A stretch of 64,000 nt of DNA, taken from the NCBI RefSeq assembly GCF_001194135.2, contig NC_068999.1, forward strand, positions 1,365,859 through 1,429,858, read 5' to 3'. The stretch's first letter is position 1. Each line of letters begins with the position of its first letter. This stretch comes from Octopus bimaculoides. Lineage: Eukaryota. The notes under the pieces were generated by a model. It was not told the origin of the DNA. It was given only the letters and a program-made list of their open reading frames with translations, and did no database searches. Below are positions 51,309-64,000 of this stretch, piece by piece. Both the position numbers and the translations under genes were made by a program.

Positions 51309-52493
51309 NNNNNNNNNNNNNNNNNNNNNNNNNNNNNNNNNNNNNNNNNNNNNNNNNNNNNNNNNNNNNNNNNNNNNNNNNNNNNNNNNNNNNNNNNNNN
51401 NNNNNNNNNNNNNNNNNNNNNNNNNNNNNNNNNNNNNNNNNNNNNNNNNNNNNNNNNNNNNNNNNNNNNNNNNNNNNNNNNNNNNNNNNNNNNNNNNNNN
51501 NNNNNNNNNNNNNNNNNNNNNNNNNNNNNNNNNNNNNNNNNNNNNNNNNNNNNNNNNNNNNNNNNNNNNNNNNNNNNNNNNNNNNNNNNNNNNNNNNNNN
51601 NNNNNNNNNNNNNNNNNNNNNNNNNNNNNNNNNNNNNNNNNNNNNNNNNNNNNNNNNNNNNNNNNNNNNNNNNNNNNNNNNNNNNNNNNNNNNNNNNNNN
51701 NNNNNNNNNNNNNNNNNNNNNNNNNNNNNNNNNNNNNNNNNNNNNNNNNNNNNNNNNNNNNNNTATATATGTATGTATATATATATCTGTGAAATGTTTG
51801 ATAGATAACTAACGAATACTGTTGATATCTAAAAGAGACAAGCACACAAGCAAACATTATTATTATAATCGTCTCCACTTTTGATCACCATAGCACCATA
51901 GGATGCAAATAAAAGTGACGCGGAATACACTAGAAAGAGAGCAGAAAACATTTCACTGGATGTATATAAAAATTGAAAAGGAGATGAGAGGAATGGTAAA
52001 GTGAGATAAGTATTGAAAAGAAGCTTGCAATGATAAACAGAGACCATAAAATTTATGAAGAAAAAAATACAATTAGAATACAAACAGAAAATTTGTGTAA
52101 AAAAGCACTGTAAAAATATCAAATAAAAGCCACGTTGTATATTTGTAAAGTACAGGGAAATTAATATGATATTCTGGCAAACATCCGGGTATTTATGGTT
52201 TCTGCTCATTTATTGTCCTTCATTTTTATTTTAATATATATGTTCGCTTAATGTTTTTTCGCGTGCTTTATCTTCCGCCATTTTTGCCCAGATTACTCTT
52301 ACTAAAACCAGCTTAGCAGACATCACATATATACATAAATATCGTGTCTATACATGTACCTATGTATGTTTGTACGTAGGTATCTACATATGTATGTACG
52401 CATGTATGTATGTGTGTGTCTCGATATTCGTATCCCTTTCCTTTTCTCTCTCTCCGACTCTTGCTTTAAACATATATGTGTGTATGTGTATAT

Positions 52494-52573
<80 letters not shown>

Positions 52574-53241
52574 NNNNNNNNNNNNNNNNNNNNNNNNNNN
52601 NNNNNNNNNNNNNNNNNNNNNNNNNNNNNNNNNNNNNNNNNNNNNNNNNNNNNNNNNNNNNNNNNNNNNNNNNNNNNNNNNNNNNNNNNNNNNNNNNNNN
52701 NNNNNNNNNNNNNNNNNNNNNNNNNNNNNNNNNNNNNNNNNNNNNNNNNNNNNNNNNNNNNNNNNNNTATATATACACGTTCATATGTATATTTTTGCAA
52801 TATATGTGCGTGTGTGTATTTATAACATATTCTTAAGGTGTAGTTATCAACACAACGTGTATTAACATGTGTGTGTGTCTGTTGTTTATGTGTGTGGTTG
52901 CATGTGTGTGTGTGTGTATGCGTGTGTGGAGAAAAAAATATGCATATATGTTTATACTTGGATATTGAAGCATTCATTTGTATGACTACGTGTGTGAAAG
53001 AGAGAAAGAGAGAGAAATAGAAAACAGAGAGAGGGTGGATGAGAGAGAACCTGTACACATACGCACGAAATTATATTTAAGTAATTTTTACAACTCTTGT
53101 AACCAATACTTAAAGGAGATTTACAATGAAATACACTCATCTGCACACATACACATACACATACACATAGACGCGCACACACACGCACACACATATATGT
53201 ATATGTATGTATGTATGTATGTGTGTGTGTGTGTATATATA

Positions 53242-53281
<40 letters not shown>

Positions 53282-53854
53282 TATGGTGTGGAAAAGTTAA
53301 ATGGACGCAAAATGAAAACCGCCAATAACACAAAGAACAACAATAATGTGCTACTAACAATAACAACAATATTAACGTCAACAAAATTAGAAAAAAAAAT
53401 ACAGATCGGCAGCTATAAAACAACAAGAACAACAATATTTTGTGGATAGAAACAAATAATGGAAAAAATTATTCGAGAATAAAAAATTCAGGCAGTTAAC
53501 GAACACATCCAACTGACATACGTAAAGACAAACATATATCTCCAGAATCACCATCGCCATCACCAATTACAACAACAACAAAGAACATGCATTAGTATTA
53601 TCGCCGCCACCGCAGCCACTACCACCAGGAATATTTGGCAGTCAATTTGGGGAAGAAATTTAATTTACTTAATGTATTCATTTGAACCGTTCAGTCACCG
53701 ACCACACCCCGAACTTTCATTGCTTACATCAATCAGCCTCTTTTTATACCGAGCTCACAAAAGAACTTGTTCGTGAATGAGGTATAATGGTAGAAAGAAC
53801 AGCTTAATCTCCCTCAAACCAAGCATTGGTGTCTTATATTACTTCCCAGATCTT

Positions 53855-54052
53855 GGCATTCGGCCATTCAATTCGGGGAGCGACTTAAGTAGATTTCATG
53901 AACCCCACTGTCCAATGAGTGAAAAGATATATCATCGATCCCGAAATTATAGTAGAAAAATTCCGACCTCGGCGGAATTTGAACTGAGAACGTAAGGCGG
54001 ACGAAGTGCTGTTAATAGTATTTTACCCAGCGTCCTAATGATTCTTCCAGAT
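53855..54052 (-). mobile_element. SINE family A, degenerate
   Basis: atcgatcccgaaa...ccgacctcggcggaatttgaactgagaacgtaaggcggacgaa...cccagcgtcctaatgattcttccagatcac is the reverse complement of the consensus. Confidence 0.75.
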
Positions 54053-54419
54053 CACAGCACTATTCGTTTCTTTGAATAACAAATATATATATCTTGATGG
54101 TCAGGCCTGGAATGTCTTTGATCGTAAGTGGGCTTAATAATTTCGAACTTGAGATGAAGCAAAACCATCAAAATGACATTCACATTAAGAACAACAACGA
54201 TGAAGAGAGTGACACGGTGCCTCAAGTATCCTTTACCAATGAAAGAATTCAATAAAGATTCCCTATGAGGTTGATCAGTCTGCTAGAAGAAGCAGCCAAA
54301 TGTTCCTTGAATGATACCTTTACGTGTTACATATATTGTAGATAAACGAGGCCATGGAGAAAGACGATGTGGCTATTGCATATCGTTCAGGGTTGACCTG
54401 GGGTCAAATATCAGTATCG

Positions 54420-54880
54420 GGAGCAGCAGCAGCAGCAATAATAGCAACAATAGCAACATGAAGTTTAGCATGGTAAAGAGAACGATAAGAAATACTGTTA
54501 GTAACATCATAACTACCATCGTGAACAACAAGAATATCATCTGCATCAACATTAGCATCACCACCATCACCGCCACCGCCACCTCCACCACCACCACCTC
54601 CACCACCACCACAATTAACAATAATAATAAGAACAACTCCACCACCGCCACCACCACAGTGACCGTCGCCGGCACCGTCACTGCAGTGAACACTTCCGCC
54701 GTCGCCACCAAAACAGCAATTAACAGTATCAACTCCACCACCACTACCATCAGCATCACCAGCCAGAGCAACCACGGAGCAAAAATTACATAATTCCAGA
54801 CTACGACATCGTTATCCTCCATTGTTAACAACAACAACAACAATAACGACGACAACAAAGACAACAACATCAGCAAAAAC
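54420..54880. repeat. Degenerate trinucleotide field (AGC, ACC, AAC)
   Basis: Directly visible; explains the ORFs at 54311-54993. Confidence 0.85.
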
Positions 54881-56706
54881 ATAACTGACATGGCTACTGT
54901 TACAAATGCCATTTCGTTGCTCAGCAACCAGGAATGTTCTTCCCCCTCCCCTTCCACTGTTATATTGAAACTCAATGTATTTGGATATTTCATTGGTTCT
55001 TATCAGAGAAACGAGGCCAAACTCTGCAGAACGTGGGTGACGGTGGCGGATGGAAGGAAGTGTATCAACGAACAATACACGTCTCCACCCTTAACAACTG
55101 CCGTCAATTTCACTAAACTTCAGTTTCATTCCCAACAGCCAACAGTCTGGTCGTTAACCTCAAAACCACATTCTAAACATGTCACCTTATTTGTAAAAGG
55201 CAACCAGCCTGAGAGGGCCACGTGGCATCTGAAGGTGCAGTTGGACTCAACACGTCTATGAAGCTTTGTTTGTTTGTTGTTGTTGTTTTGGTTTCTTTCC
55301 ATCCTGAACTGCTAGCAGCCAGTCCAGGGTGGAAGTTGAGCACCCTCGAGAAAAGGCTTCTTTATTGATGGTTTCACAATGAATTTTCTTTTACAGATCT
55401 CTGACGAGAGTTCCAATACGAAACTTTTGATCTGGTAACCGATTATAGGAAACACAATTCTATTTACGATCGATTCGTACTGTTCATATGCCGGGGTCAC
55501 AGCGAGAGTTTAGAGGCAGAAAAAGTATCAACATCATCATCATCATCATCATCATCACCATGATCATCATCGCCATCATCCTAATCATCGTCATCATCGT
55601 CGTTGTCGTTCACCGCATTCAGGTTTCAAGCCAATATTTTTCTCACTTGCTGCAGGTAGTCTTTCTGTTTTTTTGTTTTTTTTTCATACCGTTGTGCTTA
55701 ATTCCTTTTGGCCACCACTACGAATGCATCAACTGGTGCCGCTGATGATGCTACAACGGTTAATTCTATATCTAAAGCACGTTATTATCGTTTTCATAAT
55801 AATCATAAAATTTTTTGTTTTACCTTTCATATTATCGTTGGCAAATATGTCCACATTGTATACTTGCCACTACTACATCGTCCATCATTATCAAACAGAT
55901 GCGAGACACAAACCGCTTAGAGAAGCTAGTAATCAGATCTAAATGTCCTGGGTTGGTATTGAACCTGAAACCTAGAACAAAACCAAAAACACTTTTGCAT
56001 GTCCAAGCCCCTTCTGCACGTGACAATATTTGATGTATATATAGCAACCAAATAATTAATTAACAAGTTTACTGACACATCCTTCCAGAGTGATCAAAGT
56101 TAATGGATGTGTGATGATTCCTCAAAAGTATGCCGAGATATTTTATCAGTTCAGTCATTCGGTCATCCGGTCATTCGGTCATTCGGTCATGCAAACATTT
56201 GTGTTTGGTTAATTTAAAAATTTAACAGATAATTAAAGACCAAAACAGGAGCGAATTTTATTCAGCAAATATTTAAAAGGCAAAATAATTAATTCACGAG
56301 TACATACGCAAGGAGAATGACGACGGGGAGAAAGAAAGAGAGAGAGAGAGGGGCTGGAAGAGAATGAATTGAGCATAAATGAAATGTATAAGACGAAAGA
56401 CGGAGAGAATGAATAATAAACGAAGGAGGAAGGAAAGAGGATATGAAAATAGAGTCCATTAAGATAATGGATTTTAGTATATATTGTATGTTTTTGTTGT
56501 TATATTTTGGGTATTTTTTTAATTCTATTTTATCTTATATCAGAAGAAATAATATTAATTGATTGTGATCCATCGTCAATGTAAGAATAACGAAAACGAA
56601 ATACACAAATAGCAACAAGAAGAATTACAGCACCATTCCTAATGACAAAAACATTAGACACCTTTAAAGGATGTATTTATTAAATTATGCTTCATACATA
56701 CATACA

Positions 56707-56756
<50 letters not shown>

Positions 56757-56850
56757 CACTTATAGATACATACATACATATATGTGTNNNNNNNNNNNNN
56801 NNNNNNNNNNNNNNNNNNNNNNNNNNNNNNNNNNNNNNNNNNNNNNNNNN

Positions 56851-56884
<34 letters not shown>

Positions 56885-57327
56885 GTAAAAATACTACTTT
56901 AATAACAGGAAGGCGATGACGACGCAGGATATACAAGAAAAAAAAAGAGGGAAATCGTGGTAAAAGCCGAGAAGAAGGAGAAGCGAAAATTAACCATCAG
57001 AACGCTCATTACTCCACACCTCACGTCAGACACTAATCACAAGGAAATGACACACAACGACGAAAAGAAAACCATAAAAGCAAAACTATTATATTACTTA
57101 TCAGAAGATATCTCTACTAAATTGATATAAAATGAGATTCTGGCACTCTTTCTTCCTTCGTTCTTTTCATTCCTTCTTTATTCTTTCTTTCTTTCTTTCT
57201 TTCTCTAATCTTATCTTAATGGCGTCACTCTTTATTAAGAAGTACGTCGAACGGGAGCTAAAAAATACCTATGTGCAAACAGTAGTATATCCAAATATAC
57301 TCACAGGCATTCATACATGCGTGTGTG

Positions 57328-57394
<67 letters not shown>

Positions 57395-57895
57395 ATGTGT
57401 GCGTGCCTCTGTGAGTAGGCATGTGTACGTGTGTGTGTACATACTAACGCACTCACATATATATATATACAATCATATATATATTAATATATATCAACAC
57501 AAAGATACATATCGATAAGATATAACTTGCATGTCTATGTAAAATACCAAAACATATTTAGATAGATATACATCTAGAGATAAAATTCTACCTAAATATA
57601 CAGAGAGAGACACACACATATTGATAAAGGGAAGAAAATGTGTATGAGAACCGAAACGTGTATAATGTATGAAAAATGTGTGTTATTAAATCAATAATGA
57701 TTAGCTAATATGGTTGATATTAACAGAAATGGAACTTGTCAAAACAAGAGATGATAAACGGGAGTAAGTAAAATATCAGCCGTTTTGACATGAAAGTATT
57801 TTGTGCAGTTTCACATATAAATATACGAGACATATGTCTTAAAAACATACGTACACATAAATACGTTTGTATGTGTATGTATATATACAAATATA

Positions 57896-58031
57896 GGTGT
57901 AGGAGTGGCTGTGTGGTAAGTAGCTTGCTACCCAACCGTATGGTTTGCGTTCAGTCCCACTGCGTGGCACTTTGGGGCAAATGTCTTTTAGTATAGCCTC
58001 TGCCCGACCAAAGCCTTGCAAGTGGATTTGG

Positions 58032-58033
<2 letters not shown>
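57896..58033 (+). mobile_element. SINE family B head, best-preserved copy, followed by (AT)n, a gap and (AG)n
   Basis: ggtgtaggagtggctgtgtggtaagtagcttgctacccaaccgtatggtttgcgttcagtcccactgcgtggcactttggggcaaatgtcttttagtatagcctctgcccgaccaaagccttgcaagtggatttggt; A/B-box-like tRNA head. Confidence 0.85.
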
Positions 58034-58074
<41 letters not shown>

Positions 58075-58114
58075 NNNNNNNNNNNNNNNNNNNNNNNNNN
58101 NNNNNNNNNNNNNN

Positions 58115-58158
<44 letters not shown>

Positions 58159-58959
58159 GTGTACATGAATGTGTGTAAGAATTGGTGGATCACTGGTGAA
58201 TCTATTTCGTTGCATTTACTTTGATCATCGATAAAATAATGAAGTCGATAAAAAAAAAGGTGATGCCTTGCGCCATCTTCTGTATAAGAATATAAACATG
58301 TTTACTGTAGCTCTATTGCTCCTGAAGCAAAGAGCATGTGTCTGCGTGGTTACAAGATTTACTAGATATAACAACTAAATTTGGCAGAAATATAGCGTCG
58401 AATTTTAAACAAAGATTTATCGTGTGATGAATTTCTAGATAAATACGACGAGATAATCACTGCTGAAAGACCTTTGATCGTACGTTAGATCGATCATGGA
58501 TCTGTTGGATTTCTATAACAACAACATTAACACCACGTGTTACCTTGGGGCCACATTGAAAGCCTGTTGTTTATAACAGCATAAAATATCCAATATGCAA
58601 GAAATTTATTTGCTGAAGCTCTTAGAATATTAATCTCCCTCGTCAATAGATACTTTGAAGCAATTCCCATTGTTCAGAAACGTACGGATGAACTGTTTTA
58701 GTAAAACTCTTTGAAACATCATGCGAAACATCAGATAATTGATGTTCTTATCCATAAAAGTCTTCAACAAGAACTTCGCAAATATTTCACATTTCAAAGC
58801 GAAGCATTGTGTTATTGTAAATGTTATAATGGATGACGCTTTCCGGATGCTATGCATCCACAAATCTTCATCCGTTATATTATTTCAACATGTTATTGTA
58901 CAATACATGCAATACATAAAAACAAGTATGGGAAACACCGCTGTTTAAGACGGTGACTA

Positions 58960-59065
58960 CTTGGCCACATGGTTAGAGCGTTGGGTAGAATACTCTTCCA
59001 TATTTATTTCAATTTTCTATGCGCTGAGTTCAAATTCCGCCGAAATCAAATTTAAATTATATCCT
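58960..59065 (+). mobile_element. SINE family A-like head, degenerate
   Basis: tggccacatggttagagcgttgggtagaatac...gcgctgagttcaaattccgccgaaatcaa. Confidence 0.55.
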
Positions 59066-61192
59066 ATTAGAATGTGACTTGACAGTACTGTTAGATGTTT
59101 CGGAAGGTGTCTTGCACCATTACTTCCAGCTATATGCTTTAAATGGTGGTTGAGGCTACAAAGAATGCAAAAAACGGTTAAGACCCACTGATTTCATGAA
59201 AGTTTAAGCAAGCAAGACAACCTGGAAACTGAACGTTAAAAATAGGTCACAGTACAACGGTACTTTTGGGGATATTTCTTCCGTGAGTACATATTTAGCC
59301 GCGCGTGTGCGTGTATCTGTCAGTCTGTCCGTCTGTGTCTGTTTCTAAATCTTTCTTTTCTATTTTGGTGGGCTTTTGGCGCCAATTTCCTTCTCAAGAA
59401 CATGCAATGTACTTCCTATATCGGAAACTGTCCTAAAGCTATCGACCTTACACTGAAATTAAAAATTAAAAGCCAAAGAATCACTTTATAATTCATAAAC
59501 TTTGGCACACCGGTAATTAACTGTAAATGCAACTCTAATACGAGAGTGTTGGAAAGAGCAGTCGAATCCTTCGGAAATTGTATTTCATCAGGTTTCCTCA
59601 TCAATACTGTCTTAATAATGAATGAAAAACAACTAGAAAAACAAAATTGCTGCAGAGGATTGGACGGCCGTTGACGAAAGCTTTAATTAAACAGATTTGA
59701 ACAGGAGATCATCAACTCGGTGTGGCGTCACTGCTGATATCTGCGTAAACTGGAATTTTTCCATTTAATTATCTTGATTAGTTAATTAGCTAACATTATA
59801 TCGTTGTTCCACTGCCGCGTTAAGATGTCTTCTACCCCATTTGCATTTAAATCGAATTCAATGAAAATTATTATTGTGAATTATCATAAATATTTGCATA
59901 AATCACCATAATGTATTGCGTCAGATGTATCGATGAATCAAAGCTATTTTATTTCAATGTTAATGTTATATTTATTAAAATGTTAAACCCAAGAAAATAT
60001 CGCTGCAAATATTTTATATCTCTCTCGGAAATGATGCGTTCAAATTATATATNNNNNNNNNNNNNNNNNNNNNNNNNNNNNNNNNNNNNNNNNNNNNNNN
60101 NNNNNNNNNNNNNNNNNNNNNNNNNNNNNNNNNNNNNNNNNNNNNNNNNNNNNNNNNNNNNNATATATATATATATATATATACAAGTGTGTGTGTTTGT
60201 ATCAGGTATGTACCGTCAGTAATTACTCAGAGTAAGAAGTTGGTGACATTTATGTAGTAGAACACACAAAAATAAGCGACACACAGGCTCGTGAGTGAGT
60301 TGAAGGTAGACTTACTTCTGCCTTTATAGCACGTGTTCTACACCAGGACTATGTGTAGCTTTAATACTGAGATTGAAAAGCAGGAGCGAATGATGCCTAC
60401 ATAATCTACAAAAAATAAATAAAATATTTTGCATTTTATGCATAGCAATGAGATTAACCTCCATAATTTTATTGAATTAGGTGCATATTTTGCGATAAAA
60501 GCAAAATGCTGCTATCGATCTATTTTATTTAAGGAAGGCACTGTCTACCTTAAATAAAATATCTCGAACGTGCCTTCCTTGCCTAGCTAGGCGACACATC
60601 CCTTATCACAACTGCCTGAAGAACGATCACGTGAAACTCTTGGGAGCAAATGTTTTATCGAAATGGCTTCCATTTGTGTCTTTCGTTGTTCGAAAAAATA
60701 ATTCAAATTCCATGTACTCGTACTTCGTATTTTTTGTTGTACACATTTCATGAAGTTCAGTGCCCACATATGCTTATATATATACGTATAGATGTATGTA
60801 CATATATGAATGTATATATGAATGTACATATATGAATGTATATNNNNNNNNNNNNNNNNNNNNNNNNNNNNNNNNNNNNNNNNNNNNNNNNNNNNNNNNN
60901 NNNNNNNNNNNNNNNNNNNNNNNNNNNNNNNNNNNNNNNNNNNNNNNNNNNNNNNNNNNNNNNNNNNNNNNNNNNNNNNNNNNNNNNNNNNNNNNNNNNN
61001 NNNNNNNNNNNNNNNNNNNNNNNNNNNNNNNNNNNNNNNNNNNNNNNNNNNNNNNNNNNNNNNNNNNNNNNNNNNNNNNNNNNNNNNNNNNNNNNNNNNN
61101 NNNNNNNNNNNNNNNNNNNNNNNNNNNNNNNNNNNNNNNNNNNNNNNNNNNNNNNNNNNNNTATATATATACATATATATACATATACATAC

Positions 61193-61244
<52 letters not shown>

Positions 61245-61439
61245 ATATATCTGTATCTATATATAGAACACATCCTGCGTGAAAGCAGGAGCAGAAAAGT
61301 ACTGTTTCACATCAAAGTGTGATATTTAATTACGAGTTAGTCTCAATATATATCTATCAGGAATTCTTACTGCGCCAATCAAAATCGTCTGCTTATCTTG
61401 AATTTCATCTGTTACCCTAATTACACGTCATTGGTTCTC

Positions 61440-61565
61440 TTTGGTGATATTGCATGATAAAAGTGCATATATCTACAGGCACATACATATAAACACATCC
61501 GTGTAAACATAAATATATATGTGTATATATACATACATATACATACACACATATATATATATACA

Positions 61566-61664
<99 letters not shown>

Positions 61665-61975
61665 GCGCACACATATATATATATATATATTGCTTGTTTG
61701 TGCACATGTGTATGGGTCAGTGTCCATGCGCATACACATATGTATGCATGCATGTATATATGTATGAATGCTTGTGTGTGTATGTATATATATATATATA
61801 TATATGTGTGTTCGTGTGTACATGTGTATACGTTTATATGTATGTATTCTGCATAACAGACGCACGTACATAGTCGCAAAAAGCCATACACGGACACACT
61901 CAGACATGTACACACAAGGAAGCAGAAATACACACACACATGCAAACACACACCCAATGCAAATACTCACATGCA

Positions 61976-62057
<82 letters not shown>

Positions 62058-62060
62058 ACA
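61440..62060. repeat. Compound TA/CA microsatellite field
   Basis: Directly visible. Confidence 0.95.
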
Positions 62061-62307
62061 AACACAAACACACAAATAAACACAACGCAGCTAGGACAAC
62101 AAGACAGAGCCAGCGACTATTGAAAAGGTTGCAAGACGCAACGAAGATTTTAGGAAAAATAAATAAGTACATGAGTGGAAAATTCACCGGTGTGTGTGTT
62201 AAATAATAAGAAACTAAAAGAGAATGACTCTCCTCAGACACAACGGAATATGCTTCAACACACGAACTCACATAAAGAATCTTGCAAACCAAACCCCAAA
62301 ACGAAGA

Positions 62308-62338
<31 letters not shown>

Positions 62339-64000
62339 ATTACAAATACACTTATATAGATATGCTAACGCACTAGCACGTAGTACACACACACACGTGC
62401 GCACATACACACACATATACACATACATATATATTAGTCTGGTAAGATTTATCGAAAACGACCATAATTTGCTTCCTTCGATATATCCAGTTAGTTTCTC
62501 TTTCAATTATAGACAAAGCACTGGAATCTGAAATAGTTTTGCAGAATCTGTAGAGAATTGGTACCAAATTGCCAAGTGCACGTTTATTGTTAATGCTAGA
62601 GAAGGAAACCCAAGAGGTGACGGAGTTCTATTATGATTATATCGTATAAACTGTCGTCTGTAGATATCAACTTACCAAAGAAGATGTAAATACTTGCATA
62701 TATATGTATATATGGGTGTATGTGAATGTATTTGTGTATATCTGTCTGCATTCACACAAACACGTACACACACACATATATCTATATACATATGTACATA
62801 ATCATAAATATATAGGGCTTAGCATGAGATGCTTCACCAACATACTGAAAATTTAGAAATAGCAGTCAAAGTACTACTGATTCCAAACTACAAATTTTTC
62901 TCTAACGGATGGCGATATTTATGGCACACACAGAACAAAAACAGAAGAGAAAAGCAACAACAAACCTGCCTTTAGTTAACCATGTACGACGTTTCACGGT
63001 TAAGAGTATAAAGCTACCCTAATCCGATCATCAGTATGGTGTTCGATAAATNNNNNNNNNNNNNNNNNNNNNNNNNNNNNNNNNNNNNNNNNNNNNNNNN
63101 NNNNNNNNNNNNNNNNNNNNNNNNNNNNNNNNNNNNNNNNNNNNNNNNNNNNNNNNNNNNNNNNNNNNNNNNNNNNNNNNNNNNNNNNNNNNNNNNNNNN
63201 NNNNNNNNNNNNNNNNNNNNNNNNNNNNNNNNNNNNNNNNNNNNNNNNNNNNNNNNNNNNNNNNNNNNNNNNNNNNNNNNNNNNNNNNNNNNNNNNNNNN
63301 NNNNNNNNNNNNNNNNNNNNNNNNNNNNNNNNNNNNNNNNNNNNNNNNNNNNNNNNNNNNNNNNNNNNNNNNNNNNNNNNNNNNNNNNNNNNNNNNNNNN
63401 NNNNNNNNNNNNNNNNNNNNNNNNNNNNNNNNNNNNNNNNNNNNNNNNNNNNNNNNNNNNNNNNNNNNNNNNNNNNNNNNNNNNNNNNNNNNNNNNNNNN
63501 NNNNNNNNNNNNNNNNNNNNNNNNNNNNNNNNNNNNNNNNNNNNNNNNNNNNNNNNNNNNNNNNNNNNNNNNNNNNNNNNNNNNNNNNNNNNNNNNNNNN
63601 NNNNNNNNNNNNNNNNNNNNNNNNNNNNNNNNNNNNNNNNNNNNNNNNNNNNNNNNNNNNNNNNNNNNNNNNNNNNNNNNNNNNNNNNNNNNNNNNNNNN
63701 NNNNNNNNNNNNNNNNNNNNNNNNNNNNNNNNNNNNNNNNNNNNNNNNNNNNNNNNATATATATATATATATAATAGATACATACGTATATATATGTATT
63801 TCTATAGATCAATACAAAGACATATAAACTCAGGCATAGACACCCACACAGACATACGCACACACGCATACATATGTACGTATACATACACACAAACACT
63901 CATACTTCATGTTCTATGTGATAGTAAGTAATCGTCAATTGCAAGTGATCAAAATATCGAATTAGTCTATAGCTTAAATTATTATCTGTCCGAAACTGCG

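Noticed and set aside
54934-55261. GDGGGWKEVYQR resembling the fibrinogen-domain DGGGWTVxQRR motif, and the overlapping 123-aa ORF
   Set aside because: It lacks the preceding VxCDM and the following DGSxxF/W..Y..GFG, the spacing is off and a stop follows soon after. The 123-aa ORF has no recognisable homology.
36490-55434. Other possible small plus-strand exons (donor at ~36551; 37918-37973; 48670-48717; 55397-55434)
   Set aside because: Each has one weak splice site or incompatible phase and no recognisable peptide. GT(A/G)AGT hexamers are expected many times by chance in 64 kb, and several others fall inside SINEs or LINEs.
58266-58283. YY1-like GCGCCATCTT (AAGATGGCG on the minus strand) as a gene start
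   Set aside because: It opens only a 24-codon frame with no donor, and it is an isolated motif.
58500-58950. Overlapping 70-77 aa ORFs on both strands, with a faint HCVI similarity to hAT transposases
   Set aside because: No further hAT motifs or TIRs are present; too weak to call.
375-63899. The many long ORFs in the track (poly-CV, HT, YI, ER, LS, I, N and X-filled ORFs)
   Set aside because: They are translations of di-, tri- and tetranucleotide microsatellites or read through N-gaps; there is no coding evidence.

Overview
This is AT-rich animal genomic DNA from a short-read scaffold. It has 23 N-gaps (about 7.4 kb, ~11.5%), most of them flanked by microsatellites, and it is intergenic or intronic in character. 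The repeat content resembles Octopus; that is an inference from my recollection of octopus OR1/OR2-type SINEs, not a database result. I found no complete protein-coding gene, tRNA/rRNA gene or CRISPR array, and nearly every long entry in the ORF track is a microsatellite or N-run artefact. Supported features are: (1) four fragments of an RLE-type non-LTR retrotransposon (R4/Dong-like), where the three endonuclease-bearing copies each abut (TAA)n tracts; (2) two tRNA-derived SINE families, one of which carries an internal microsatellite; (3) Penelope-like relics, an internally deleted DD37D (maT) Tc1/mariner, pogo/Tigger-like ends and a ~655 bp foldback element; (4) an old local duplication with patchy, highly conserved blocks; (5) a probable degenerate C2H2 zinc-finger relic; and (6) a few weak candidate exons. 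I cannot demonstrate a genuinely new biological system. The most interesting signal is a repeat ecology in which SINEs seed or carry microsatellites and a site-preferring LINE lands in the (TAA)n tracts.
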